NCBI RefSeq assembly: GCF_963921235.1
Contig: NC_086097.1
Location: 242,732,001 to 242,796,000 of the forward strand
Reading direction: 5' to 3'
Source of the DNA: Mobula hypostoma
Taxonomy: Eukaryota
Length of the DNA: 64,000 bases
The number at the start of each line of letters is the position of its first letter. The first letter of the stretch is position 1. Positions 50,451 through 63,817 of this stretch are shown here, one piece after another. The notes under the pieces are model-generated. The model ran no database searches and was not told the DNA's origin. It saw only the letters and a program-made list of their open reading frames with translations. The position numbers and the translations under genes were made by a program.

Positions 50451-50984
50451 GTAACATAAGGTGGCATAAGCATGCTTTAAGCTTACTTCGACTTTGAAGA
50501 ATATGGAACCGGAGGAATAAGTGAGGTGGAATTTGGAGAGTGGGTGGTGCCAATGCTCTGAGATCCTTCTTGCTGCTTTAGAGAATTCCAGAACAAAGAC
50601 ATTGAGCAGAGGTGCAAAGCACACTGAGAACTAAGATTGTTGGAAATACACGACGTATCGACATCTCTTTCTCATACGTCTCCCTGTAGGCAGTTACAGA
50701 GTGGTGTAAAAAATCTCCTCTGAATAGACTTTCAACCTGGTTATTAAAAATTGCTGTGAGGAAGAACAGAAAAGGAAAAGAGAAAATTGAAATATCAAAA
50801 TTTAATCTTCCTTTTATTAGCTTGGATACCTTCACTCACCCCAACTCTGAACTGATTCCACAATCTGTGGACTCATCTTCAAGGACTCTACAACTCGTGT
50901 TTTTAGTATTAGTTATTTACTTACTTATTGTTAATTTGTACTTTGTCTTCTTTTGCACATTACTTGTTTGTCAGGCTTTGTTTG

Positions 50985-51445
50985 TAGTTATGGTTAGAGA
51001 TAATGGGTGCTTTGGAACGTGAGCTGGGTCCTTTGTTCAGCAGGAGATGAGAGAAGACGCTGGAGAGAACCGGTTGTAGGATTTGATCTGGTGGGGGACC
51101 GTGATTCGATGGACAAGGTGCTAGGGTCAACTGAGGATCGGTGAATATGACTTTTGGAAGAGTTGAGCTCCAGTGTGTGCACATTTGACAGTTTAATTAT
51201 AATCGCCCCTTTTTTGTTTTTTTCTTTCTTTACTAAATAGTTTAAGATTCATAAATATAATTCCTTTAATTGTATGCAATGTTCTATCTGTTATTTCTTG
51301 GCACTGAGTTGTAACAGGGTAGCAAATTACACAGCATTCACACAAACGGGGGTTTGGGATGGAAGGCCCGTCTCAATCTCAGAAGCTCAGGGGTTTGGTG
51401 AGACCAGCGTATGTATTCCCTAGACTTATGCAGCCAAGGAAACAC
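50985..51445. mobile_element. Probable LTR fragment inside a Rex1 tail
   Basis: LTR-like composition with ataaatataattcc and cacacaaacggggg; termini unclear. Confidence 0.4.
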
Positions 51446-52409
51446 TTCAATGATAACTTTACTTTGAACTTTGAACTATTAAGCAAATCATATTCACAAC
51501 CTTATTACCAACTACCATTTTAAAATCCACTAATGTGAACAATGTTTTCATAAAGTGACAGAATAATTTAACCCAAATATTTTAAACATTTTCACAATAA
51601 TATAACATAATGTAATTTTCTGGTTCATATTAGTATATTAATATGTCTTCAATTACTGTTTCTATGTGTGTGAATATGATTGGCTGGGTTTGGAAAACTT
51701 TTTATTTGGAATGATCCCAGGTTCAACTAGGAACAGTAAAAATTGAATCATTGCTTCCGGCCACATAAATATATCCATTGTGTGGTTGTTAACATGTTTA
51801 ATGGGTTTAAAAATGCAGATATGTTAAATAAAATAGAAACAAAGAGTGTTTGACAATGTCTTTTTCTACGTTGGCTGCTCTGGACCTGGACTTTGGGGTC
51901 CTGTCATTTGAGGGCTGGAGTTCACAGTCCTGTCATCGACAGGCCCTGGGGCTGATACTGAAGATTGAAGCTCGAATGTCAATTGGAAGTTTGGCTACTG
52001 ATGGCCAAAGCCCTGGCTCTGTGAGTCTGAGTCCTCTGGAAATCCAATCCAAGGCCTGATGTCCCCAAGTCTGAGAGCCCAAAGGAGGCTGGGGGCCCAG
52101 AAGTGGCCTGTTCTGCAGTTAGAGGACTGTCCGTGTGTGTAAGTCGGTGGATGGGAAGGTGGAAAGGGCCTTGTTTTGCCATTGTTCTGATGAACATTGT
52201 GAATATGTTTTCTTGGCACCGAAATGTGTGGCAACACTGGCAGGCTGTCCCCAGCACATCCCATCCTTTGGCATGTTGGTTGTTAACTCCAATGACCATA
52301 TGATGAATAAGTCCAAATCTGAAAATCTAATTAGCTGTTGAAATTGCTGACATGTTAGTGTTAAGTTCTGGAAAATATTCTCACTTCCTTTTTAGATATG
52401 CAAGTTTGG

Positions 52410-52900
52410 AACAAAACAGACTGCTGGGGGAACCAGTTGGTCAAGTAGCATCTGTGAAGGCAGAGGATTGAGCTGAGATCCTGCATCACGCAGGATGAAT
52501 TTCTCCCCCTCCTCTTTCTCCGTTCCCAATTCTCACTCCTCTCTTGCCCCTTTTCTTCTCATCTGTCCATCACCTCCCCCTTCTGCCCCTCCTCCTTTCC
52601 TTTCCTCTGTAGTCCACTCTCCTCTCCTATCAGATTCTTTTTCAGCCCTTTATCTCTGTCCCAATCACCTCCCAGCATTTTTCTTTATTCCCTTCCCTCA
52701 CCCACCTACCTTCCCCCTTACCTGGCTTCACCGCTCATCTCCTTGCTTGTACTCCTTCTCCTGCCCCCACCATCTTATTCTGTCTTCTTCCCCCTTCCAT
52801 TCCAGTCCTGATGAAGGATCTCGGCTTGAAACGTTAACTGCTTATTCCCGTCCATTAGATGCTGCCTGATCTGCTGAGTTCCTCCAGCATTTTGTGTGCA
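52410..52900 (+). mobile_element. PLE 3' end with inverted 5' piece and hammerhead motif at 52803-52840
   Basis: cagtc-CTGATGA-aggatctcggctt-GAAA-cg-tt-aactg. Confidence 0.8.
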
Positions 52901-53124
52901 TTGGTCATACAGGCCTGGATGTTCGTTACCAGCGTGCCTGCAGTTCTGTTAAAGAGTATCACATTGCACGGGCAAAGGAGACAATTCCACACTTGCGATC
53001 GTCGCTTACATTTTTCTCTGAGGATTGTCACCCTGTTGTGGCGGCGATATGTTGCTAATACAGATTTCCTCAGGTGTAATGTGTGGGGTTGATCAGAGCC
53101 ACAAGACCCAAAAAACTTGACTGT

Positions 53125-53678
53125 CCACAATACCATAAGATACAGGAGCAGAATGAGGCCATTCAGCCCATCAAGTCTGCTCCACCATTCCATCATGACT
53201 GACCCCAGATCCCACTCAACCCCATACACCTGCCTTCTCGCCATATCCTTTGATGCCCTGACTGATCAGGAAACTATCAACTTCCACCTTCAATATACCC
53301 ACGGACTTGGCCTCCACCACAGTCTGTGGCAGAGAATTCCACAGATTCACCATTCTCTGGCTAAAAAACTCCTCCTTAACTCTGTTCTAAAAGGTCACCC
53401 CTCAATTTTGAGGCTGTGCTCTCTAGTTTTGGATACCCCCACCATAGGAAACATATCCTCCACATCCATTCTATCTAGTCCTTTCAACATTCAGTAAGTT
53501 TCAATGAGATCCCCATGCATTTTTCTAAATTCTAGTGAGTACAGGCCCAAAGCCGCCAAACACCCCTCATATTTTAACCCCTTCATTCCTGGAATCATCC
53601 TTGTGAACCTCCTCTGGACTCTCTCCAATAACACATCCATTCTGAGATATGCAGCCCAAAACTGTTGACAATACTTCA
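53125..53678 (-). mobile_element. CR1 3' fragment
   Basis: LERVQRRFTRMIPG...LYSLEFR. Confidence 0.85.
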
Positions 53679-55460
53679 AGTGACTGTGTTGCCACCCATA
53701 GCTCCAATCTACTAATTAAATTTGCTGATGACACTGCACTGATTGGCCTAATCTCAAATAATAATGAGGCAGCCTACAGAGAAGTCATCACCCTGACAGT
53801 GGTGTCAAGAAAACAACCTCTCCCTCAATGTCGCAAAAACAAAGGAGCTGGTTGTGGACTACAGGAGGAATGGACACAGGCTAACCCCTATTGACATCAA
53901 TGGATCTGGGGTTGAGAGGGTGAACAGATTTAACTTCCTTGGCATACACATCACAGAGGACCTCATGTAGTCTGTACATACCAGCTGTGTGGTCAAAAGG
54001 CACAACAGCACCTCTTTCACCTCCGACAGTTGAAGGAGTTTGGTGTGAGCCCCCATCTTGACTGGCTGCATCACTGCCTGGTATGGGAACTGTACCTCCG
54101 TCACAAGGGGGGTGCTGGTGGTGGACCCAAGTGCAAAACACAGACACTGATGTACTAGGAACAGGACTAGGACTAGAGTTAAGCAAGCAAGGGAAGTGGG
54201 GAAGAAAGGACACTGGGCATGACACAGGCCCTGGACAAGATAAGGATACAGGGCCTGGGCTAGGACTTGACTAGGCAAGCGGGACAAGGACTAGGAACTG
54301 GGAAAGAGGAGCCTGGGCTTGGACTCCAAGCCAGAGACTGGACAAGACCCTGGGTCTTGACTCAGGCTCGGACCCCAGAACTAGGCAAAGACATGACGTG
54401 GTCTTGGGAGACAGGACTAGGCAAGGCTACAGGACAGAACAAGAGACTCCTGGGCAAGAGGAGGGAACACCCGAGCCTTGGTCTTGGAAGAGCCAGGAAC
54501 ACTCAAGTCTTGGTCTTGGGAGAGCCAGAAACACCAGGACATGGAACACAGAGCCAGGATCCCTCCTTGGGAGCAGGACTTGGGGCCAGGACTCATACAC
54601 AGAACACTGAGACAGTTCCCAACACAAGGTAGTGGCAACAGCTGGACCTACCTAGTGAAGGCATGGACACAGAGACAGTTCCTAACACAATGTAGCAGCA
54701 AACAGCCAGACCTACCTAGCAAAGGCATGGACACAGAGACAGTTCAAAACAACGATAGACAGTTCCTTATCTTGCTCCAGCAGTTGAACTTGACAGCAGT
54801 GTAGGCAAGGCAAGACTTCAGAAGGAAGGGGCAGAGAAGAGGTTTAGACAGGGAGGCAGTTTGGACAGGAACAATCCAATAACTGAAGCTGACCCAAGGA
54901 GCTATTTATGTAGCCAGCTCAAAATGAGGAATCAGCTGTCTCAATTAGAGCACCCAACAGAAAAAGGGAAAACCAGAAAACCTGGAATAAGGACGAATGG
55001 ACCGGACTGTGAACCGGAATCCGGATTTCATGGACCGGACCATGAAACTCCCTCAATTGCAGGACTCTGCAGAGAGTGGTGCGGACAGCCCAGAGCATCT
55101 GTAGATGTGAATTTTCCACTATACAGGACATTTACAAAGACAGGTGTGTAAAACGGGCCCAAAGGATCATTGGGGACCCAGGTCACCTCAACCACAAACT
55201 GTTCCAGCTGCTACCATCCGGGAAATGATACCGCAGCATCAAAGCCAGGACCAACAGGCTCCGGGACAGCTTCTTCCACCAGGCTATCAGACTGATTAAC
55301 TCATGCTGACACAACTGTACTTATATGTTATATCCTGTTTTACACTCTATTTATTATAAATTACTATAAATTGCACATTGCACATTTAGATGGAGACACA
55401 ACATAAAGATTTTTACTCCTCATATATATGAAGGATGTGAATAATAAAGTCAATTCAAGT
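53679..55460 (+). mobile_element. Rex1-type fragment split by a solo LTR
   Basis: LIKFADDTALIGLI; ctggtatgggaactgtacctcc|ctcaattgcagg rejoins across the insert. Confidence 0.85.
54100..55047. mobile_element. Solo LTR-like element rich in short degenerate tandem repeats
   Basis: (t)gtcac...catga(c/a)a ends; ctcc duplicated at 54096-54099 and 55048-55051. Confidence 0.75.
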
Positions 55461-55609
55461 GCAACCTTACTAGTGTCTTATAGAGGCTCAGAGTCCAGGA
55501 ACTGTGGTAATAAGCATAGAACCACAACAAAGTAACTTAAGCCTAATTTATTATCATAAAACAGAAACTACAAATAAACCATTCAATACACTATGTAGTA
55601 AGTTGTCAA

Positions 55610-56375
55610 GCCGATGAGTGGTAGTGGGGACAAGCTTCCACTACCTAAAAGTGCTCCTCAAGGCAAATAGCCTCTGACAACCAAGTCCAGCTCCTGGCCT
55701 TCTCGTGTGTCTTAGCCTCTAAGCCCGGCGGATCTGTTTCTACTGACAGAAGGGGCAAAGGTGGGTCCTGGTGCCTTAAAACCAGTGCTTCGGGTAGATG
55801 GAGCTCATCAGCCTGAGATGGCAGTCCATCTAAGAGAGGGAAACTCTGATTTCAAACCTCTGCTGCCTTGCGGCCATACCCACTGATGGGAAAGGCTTCG
55901 GGAGTAAACCCTGAGGACAAATCCGGAGCTGGAGTCCCTAAGGCAGTCCGATGTTGCCTTCAACCTCATTCTGGCAACTCCTGTGACGACACTGGTGCCA
56001 AGCTGTAACGGCCCAACATTGGTGTCGTGGAGAGGGGAGACTTGCTGCATGGGCAACTGCCAGTCTTCCATTCAACCTTGCCCAGGCCTGTGCCCTGGAG
56101 AGGACACTCCAGCGTCGCCTCATCGCGGCGGTACAACATGGAAAGCAGCAGTCTACTGGTTATAAGCCTGCGCTCGACTGGCATAGAGCAAGGCACCAGG
56201 GTTTGCTTTCGACGGAGGGAGAGACCATCGCGTCTCACTGGCAGTCGCTGCAACCGAGACTGTCACTCCCGTGTGGGCCTCTACAGCCACAACAGACGCT
56301 GCTCTACCAACACAGACTGAGGCAAGACTTTCCAGGCACAGATCCATGGTCTCGCGAGACTAACGGATGCCACCA
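55610..56375 (+). mobile_element. Non-autonomous RTE element retaining the end of the RTE ORF
   Basis: CNRDCHSRVGLYSHNRRC (RTE C-terminal zinc motif) followed by a 3' UTR and (cac)n tail. Confidence 0.8.
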
Positions 56376-57589
56376 CCAAGTTACAAATATTTCAGGACTC
56401 ATGATTCTCAGTCTCCACTCGATTGTTGTCATCGGGGGTCTTGGTTGTTGCTGTTGTCGGGGGAACTCTGAGTTCTAACTCATGAAATCACCCTGAGTCC
56501 GTCCTAGGCACCGATCGATCGCGATTGCTCGCTCTATGTGAAGTCCCAAGAACTGAGCGAGAGGTGCCTCAATAAATAGGGGTTCAATCCACAAATACAG
56601 CGAAACACAAAGATATACAGAAACTCTTTGGTCTCTTGTTCTCATGCCACTGTGCCTGAGGCGAAAAAGAATCTGACTGCTATTAGCAAACATTTAACAA
56701 ACCTACAGTGTTTAACTTGTACAGACACCTTACATGCTGTGAGCTCACAAAGAGTTAAAGTGTCATTTGGAATTGCTCAGAATTTCATTTAATAATTTTA
56801 CAAAATTTAATACTCCACAATACATCAGGATATTAGCAAAATAATATGTTCCAGAGAAACTGGTGATCCTGAAAGCTAATAAAGCCCACGGATTCAATAA
56901 TCTACATTCTTGCTGACTCAGGGTCCTTTGTTAGTTCTGGCAAATATTTTTGTGCTTTCTTTTGTGAAGACTGACACAAAGTAGTTGTTTAATTGTTCTT
57001 CCCTTCTATGAGGATTTGTCACTTTGTCACGGTGGAGAGGCTTGTGAGTTCCTGAGACTTGGAGATTGACTGAGTCTGGAGCTTAGCTCTTGGTAAGGTT
57101 GTCCAAGGCAGTAAGGTCAGGGGTAAGATTCCGGACAAAGAGCCTTGGACCTCAACGGTGGAGCTGGCAGCCGATGAGGACACATCACAACGGCAGTGAA
57201 GGCAGAGGAAGACCTCAGCTGTGTTGGGTCCCCAATCATCTTATGCCAGCGGACACTGATCCTGAACTGTCAAGGACCGCGTGGTGGCCGCCCGTGGATC
57301 AGCCTCCCCACGTTAAATAAAGACACGCACAGGCATTCTCCTTTGAGGGGGTAATCCCTCAGGGGAACAGTATGCTTGATTTGAGTGATCACGCTCAAAT
57401 ATGCCTCCAGTAATCTATCGGAAAACTAGCCCATTAAACATTGAGCTGTTATTTCAGCTGTTATTTGTTAATGCTTTTCACTTTAATATATTGTGTATGT
57501 CTGCTTTGGTGTGTGTGTGTGCTTTCTTCCTAAGTTATTTTGAATTAAAATAAATCTTCTGAGTATTCGCATGGCTTTATTCCAACTAT

Positions 57590-58620
57590 TCCAACCCTGG
57601 TTAGACCACACTTGGAATATTGTGTTCAGTTCCGGTCGTCTCATTGTTGGAAGGATGTGGACGCTTAGAGAAAGTGCGGAAGAGATTTACGAGGTTGCTG
57701 CCAGGATTAGAGAGCATGTGTTATGAGGATAGCTTGCGTGAGCTGGGGCTTTTCTCTTCGGAGCGATGGAAGATGAGAGGTGACTTGATAGAGATCTACA
57801 AGTTGGTAAGAAGCATAGATGGACTGGACAGTGAGACTTTATTCCAGGGCAGAAATGGCTCATACCAGGTGGCATAATCTTAAGGTGATTGGAAAAATGT
57901 ATGGGGGGATGTCAGGAGTAAGCTTTTTACAGAGAGTCACGGGTGTGTGGAACGTGCTGCCAATGGTAGTGGTAGAGGCAGATACATTAGGAATATTTAA
58001 GAAACTCTTACATAGGCACGTGGATAGACAATAGACAATAGACAATAGGTGCAGAAGTAGACCATTCGGCCCTTCGAGCCTGCACCGCCATTCTGAGATC
58101 ATGGCTGATCATCTACTATCAATACCCGGTTCCTGCCTTGTCCCCATAACCCTTGATTCCCCTATCCATAAGATACCTATCTAGCTCCTTCTTGAAAGCA
58201 TCCAGAGAATTGGCCTCCACTGCCTTCTGAGGCAGCGAGTTCCACACCTCCACAACTCTCTGGGAGAAGAAGTTCCTCCTCAACTCTGTCCTAAATGACC
58301 TACCTCTTATTCTTAAACCATGCCTTCTGGTACTGGACTCTCCCAGCATCTGGAACATATTTCCTGCCTCTATTTTGTCCAATCCCTTAATAATCTTATA
58401 TGTCTCAATCAGATCCCCCCTCAATCTCCTTAATTCCAGTATGTACAAGCCCAGTCTCTCTAACCTCTCTGTGTAAGACAGTCCGGACATCCCAGGAATT
58501 AACCTAGTGAACCTAATCTATTTAGGAGGGAATAGTTAGATTGATCTCAGAGGAGGTCAAAGGTTAGTACAACATTGTGGGCAGAAGGGCCTGTACTTGT
58601 TGTACTGTTCTATGTTTCAT
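57590..58620 (+). mobile_element. CR1 3' fragment containing a younger minus-strand CR1 (58026-58514)
   Basis: ORF 57620 and ORF 58119-58490; (atagaca)n tail at 58024-58048. Confidence 0.9.
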
Positions 58621-59029
58621 GACCTATGTTACCTCCAATGATTTTCAATGTCTCTATCTGCACAGTGTGGAGGATTCGGCTGAAAGGCCTTCACCCTGCG
58701 TTCTCATCTACCCCAGCACCCAGACTGATGTTTCACTCTAGCATTCACAGGTTGCTGTCAATCGTTGCTTTAAACTTATTCATACGCTCTGCTTCCATCC
58801 TGGTTCTTTTTCCCACAGTTGCAACCTGACCTGTCGGTATTTTCTGCTTTTGCTTTAGATTTTAGCATCTGCAGATGTTTAGGTTTTCATTTACTGTGGC
58901 GGGGGGGAAGATTCTCCTCATCTTTTATCAGTTTTTCCAGTAAGATCAGAGGTTTGGAGCTGGCTAAATTGAGGGGTTGGCAGGGAGGAGAGGACAGTCC
59001 TGGAGTAACCATGTAACTCACTACAAAAT

Positions 59030-59690
59030 TAGACATTGAACATTACAGCACAGTACAGACCCTTTGGCCAATGATGTTGTGCCTTAACCTACTCTAAGAT
59101 CAATCTAATCCTTCTCTCCCACATACCCTCCACTTTTCTATCACCCATGTGCATTTCCATAAGATCATAAAACATACGAGTAGAAATAGGCCATTCGACC
59201 CATGGAGTCCGCTCCGTCATTTCATCCTCGCTGATCCATTTCCCTCTCAGTCCCATGTAACCCTTCATGCCCTGACTAATCAAGAACCTATCAACCTACA
59301 GCTTAAACACACCCAATGTCCTGGCCTCCACAGCTGCCCATGGCAACAAATTCTGCAAATTTGCCATTCTCTAGTTAAAGAAACTTCTCTTCATCTCCAT
59401 TCTAAATGGACATCCCTCTATTCTGAGACTCTGCTTTTTGGTGCTAGACTCCATTCTTATAGGCAACATCCTCTCCCTATACACTCTATCCAAGCCTTTT
59501 AATATTCAATAGATTTCAACGAGGTCCCCCTTCATTCTTCGAAATTCCGATGAGAACAGGCCCATTTCCATCCTGGGAAAGAACTTCTCAGTGGCTACTC
59601 AATCTGTGCCTCTTATTGTGTATAACTCTATCAAGTCACTTCTCGTACTCCTTTGCTCCACACAGAAAAGCCATAGCTTGTTCAACCGAT
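59030..59690 (-). mobile_element. CR1 3' fragments
   Basis: CR1 3' UTR motifs. Confidence 0.7.
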
Positions 59691-60522
59691 ACTCAATTAA
59701 AAGTAAGTAGAAAACTGCAACTGGAGATGAAATTCTGATCCTGCGCAACGATTCTTGCCTTGGTCATCAATCATTTCCAATGTGTTATTATTAAATCAAT
59801 GATATCAAGTAAATATGCTCTTTGGAAAATTTAATCAGATCCTGAAGCGTTGTGAGTTCAAGATATTTAACTTAGGTTCATGATTTTAATTTACTTGACA
59901 AAAATATGGATGCAATGCAGCGACTGTCCCTCATAGGCTTGTATGACGGTGCTTCAGCACAGAACAAAACATTGGCTATCCAGTGTTCAGTATAAATTTG
60001 CAAAAGAGCGTCTATAATGGAAAATGCTGTTATGAAGTGCATACAGATTTATGATCTTTTATACATCATAAATATTTAAATTTAAATACTATACTTATTG
60101 CTGCTGAGAATATGCAATATAGTGGTGTGAAATTATTTATACACTATTATTCTTTAGCATTGCCAGAAGGGAAGAAAAAAACTTTGATCATCATAAAATT
60201 GTAACATGAAATTGATCATTCAGTTTTTATATGTACCATTTTTATCTTTCCCCACTTTTCCTTAGATATTGTTCCCCCATGAGTGAACATTCTAAAGTTT
60301 GGCAAATGTCTATAGATGGGTGGTGGAGAGTATCTTGACTTGCTGCATCACAGCCAATGTTCTTGAACAGAAAATCTTACAAAAACTAATGGATATAGCC
60401 CAGTCCGTCACAAGTAAAGCTCTCCCTACCTTCTGAGCTCATCTACACGAACATTTTTGCAGGAAAGCAACGTCCATCATCAGAGACCTCACCACTCAGG
60501 ACACACTCTTTTCATGTTGCAG

Positions 60523-61330
60523 AACTTAGGATGCAGAAGTGGGCTGAGAAGTGGCAGATGGAGTTCAACTCGGAGAAGTGTGAGGTGGTACACTTTGGAA
60601 GGACAAACTCCAAGGCAGAGTACAAAGTAAATGGCAGGATACTTGGTAGTGTGGAGGAGCAGAGGGATCTTGGGGTACATGTCCACAGATCCCTGAAAGT
60701 TGCCTCACAGGTAGATAGGGTAGTTAAGAAAGCTTATGGGGTGTTAGCTTTCATAAGTGGAAGGATAGAGTTTAAGAGTCGGGATATAATGATGCAGCTC
60801 TATAAAACTCTGGTAGGCCGCTCTTGGAGTACTGTGTCCAGTTCTGGTCACCTCACTATAGGAAGGATGTGGAAGCATTGGAAAGGGTACAGAGGAGATT
60901 TACCAGGATGCTGCCTGGTTTAGAAAGGATGCATTATGATCAGAGATTAAGGGAGCTAGAGCTTTACTCTTTGGAGAGAAGGAGGATGAGAGGAGGCATG
61001 ATAGAGGTGTACAAGATAGTAAGAGGAATAGATAGAGTGGATAGCCAGCGCCTCTTCCCCAGGGCACCACTGCTCAATACAAAAGGACATGGCTTTAAGG
61101 TAAGGGGTAGGAAGTTCAAGGGGGATATTAGAGGAGTGGTTGGTGTGTGGAATGCACTGCCTGAGTCAGTGGTGGAGGCAGATACGCTGGTGAAGTTTAC
61201 GAGACTACTAGACAGGTATATGGAGGAATTTAATATGGGCGGTTATATGGGAGGCAGGGTTTGAGGGTCGGCACAACATTGTGGGCCGAAGGGCCTGTAC
61301 TGTGCTGCACTATTCTATGTTCTATGTTCT
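60523..61330 (+). mobile_element. Young CR1 3' fragment inserted in a Rex1 3' fragment (60320-61770)
   Basis: WAEKWQMEFNSEKCEVVHFG; (ttctatg)n tail; atgttgc at both junctions. Confidence 0.9.
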
Positions 61331-61819
61331 ATGTTGCTGCTATCAGGAAGAAGGTACAGGGGTTCCAGGACTCACACCACCAAAGTTCAGGAAAAATTAT
61401 TACCCCTCAACCATCAGGCCCTTGAACCAGAGAGAATAACTTCACATAACTTCACTCACCCCATCACTGAACTGTTTCCACAACCTATTGACTCAACTTC
61501 AAGGACTCTTCATCTCATGTTTTCGATATTTATTGCTTATTTATTTATTGTTATTATATATTTTTTATTTGTATTTGCCCAGTTTGCATATTGATTATTT
61601 GTCTGTCTGTCTATGAATCATAGAATATGATTCTATTCATAATAGAACATGGTTCTATTTTGTTTCTTAGATTACTGTGTATGCCTACAAGGAAATGAAT
61701 CTCAGGGTTGTATATGGTGACATCTATGTACCTTGATAATGAATTTACTTTGAACTTTGAACTCTGAATTTTATTAATGTTAACTGTCTCCTGCTTGGTT
61801 GGAACAGCACAAATACAAT

Positions 61820-63075
61820 AGGAAGATACAGTAGGTGGAGGGGCAGATAGTGCTGAAGATGCAGGGAGCCTGCAGAAGGATTAAGACCGATTAGGAGAAT
61901 GGCCAAAGATGTGGCAGATGGAAGACAGTGTCAGGAAGTGTATGGTCAAGCACTTTGGTAGAAGGAACCAAAGTGTAGGCTGTTTTCTAAATGGGCAGAA
62001 AATTCAAAAATGCGAGCTGCAAAGGGGCTCGTGAATCCTCATGCAGGATTCCCTAAAGATTTACCTGTGAAGGGTCACAGTTTGAGGATAAAGGGGAAGC
62101 CTGTTAGGACAGAGATTAGGAAAAACTTCTTCACACAGAGAGTAGTGAATCTGTGGAATTCTCTGCCACAGGAAACAGTTGAGACCAGTTCATTGGCTAT
62201 ATTTAAGAGGGAGTTAGATATGGCCCTTGTGGCTAAAGGGATCAGGGGGTATAGAGAGAAGGCAGGTACAGGGTTCTGAGTTGGATGATCAGCCATGATC
62301 ATACTGAATGGCGGTACAGGCTCGAAGGGCTGGGCCTACTCCTGCACCTATTTTCTATGTTTCTATGTTTCTATTAGCTTGCAGGTTGATCTGGTGGTGA
62401 GGAAGGTAGTGATTCATTGTGAGCATACATTTCAAGAGGACTAGAATATAAAAACAAGGATTTAATGCTGAAGCTTTATAAGGTTCTGATGAGGCCTTAC
62501 CTGAATTATTGTGAGCAGTTTTGGTCCCCTTACCTAAGAAAGGATGTGCTGACATTGGAGAGCGTTCAGAGGAGATTCATGGGAATATCTCCGGGAACAA
62601 TAGGGTTATTGTATGAGGAGCATTTGATGGCTCTGGGCCTGTACTCACTGGAATTTAGAAAAAGAGGCGGGGGGCAGGGGCAGTCTCATTGAATCCTATC
62701 GAATGTTGAAAGGCCTAGATAGAGTGGATGTGGAGAAGGTGTTTCCTATGGTGGGTGAATCTGTGACCAGAGGTCACAGTCTCAGATTAGAGGAACGTCC
62801 ATTTAGAATGGAGATGAGAAGAAATTTCTTTAGCCAGAGGGTGGTGAATCTATGGAATTCATTGCCGTAGGCAGCTATGGAAGCCAAGTCATTAGGTGTA
62901 ATTAAGGTGGCAGTTGATATGTTGTTGATTAGTCTGGGTGTGGAAGGTTGCAGAGAGAAGGCAGGAGAATGGTGCTGAGGGCGAAAATGGATCAGCCAAG
63001 ATCAAATGGCAGAGCAGACCCAATGGGCCAAATGGCCTCATTCTGTTCCCATCTCTTGTGGTTTTATGGTCTGAA
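61820..63075 (+). mobile_element. CR1 3' part with a nested short CR1 (~62068-62372)
   Basis: ORFs 62010 and 62465; two CR1 tails. Confidence 0.85.
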
Positions 63076-63219
63076 ATAGCTACTCATTCGGAGTTTTCAT
63101 TCATGAGGCTAGACTGTGAGGATTAATGGGGGATAGAACCACAGAGCGAAGAAAACCCTCCATCCTCCCACCCAGTGGCCATGGACACAGGGTAGTGTTT
63201 AGGAACAGGAACCTGCGTT

Positions 63220-63650
63220 CTGAGAGGTTCCATCACCTCCTGGTATGGAGGCTGCAATGCACAAGATTGACAGAGGTCGCAGAGGGCTGTAGACTCAGCA
63301 GGCTCCATTACGGGCACAACCGTCTCAATCATGAAACGCATCTTCTAAAGGCTGTGCCCTCAAGAAGGCCCTATCCATCCATAAGGATGCTCACCATCCA
63401 GGACGTGCCCTCTTCTCATTACTACCATCAGGGAGGAGGTCACATTTTAGGAACAACTTCCTCCCCTCCATCCTTGGATTTCTGAATGGTCAATTAACAC
63501 TGCCTCACCTTCCTCTTTTCTACTATTTATTTGTATTAGTTTTTATTGTAACTGATAGTAACTTTTCTCTTATGACTAGCACTGTACTGCTGCCTCAGTA
63601 AAACAAATTTCATGACAGATGTCAGAGATAATAAAACCGATTTTGATTCA
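63220..63650 (+). mobile_element. Rex1-type 3' fragment
   Basis: atcacctcctggtatgga...; gataataaaaccgattttgattc tail. Confidence 0.7.
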
Positions 63651-63817
63651 GAGACTGCAAGTTGTGATATTGGAAAACTGATAGGATCTCAAATGGAGCT
63701 AAATGTTGGCAGTCTGTCACGCTAAAACACTTCTGAACATTTGGTGAAATACTTTCCTTCTATAAGACTCATTATCTCCCATGGTCCCCATAGCAACTAA
63801 TTAACTTATGCAGCACA

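Noticed and set aside
54100..54800. CRISPR-like or coding repeat array
   Set aside because: Repeats are degenerate and irregular with no unique spacers, and lie inside a TSD-flanked LTR-like insert in eukaryotic DNA.
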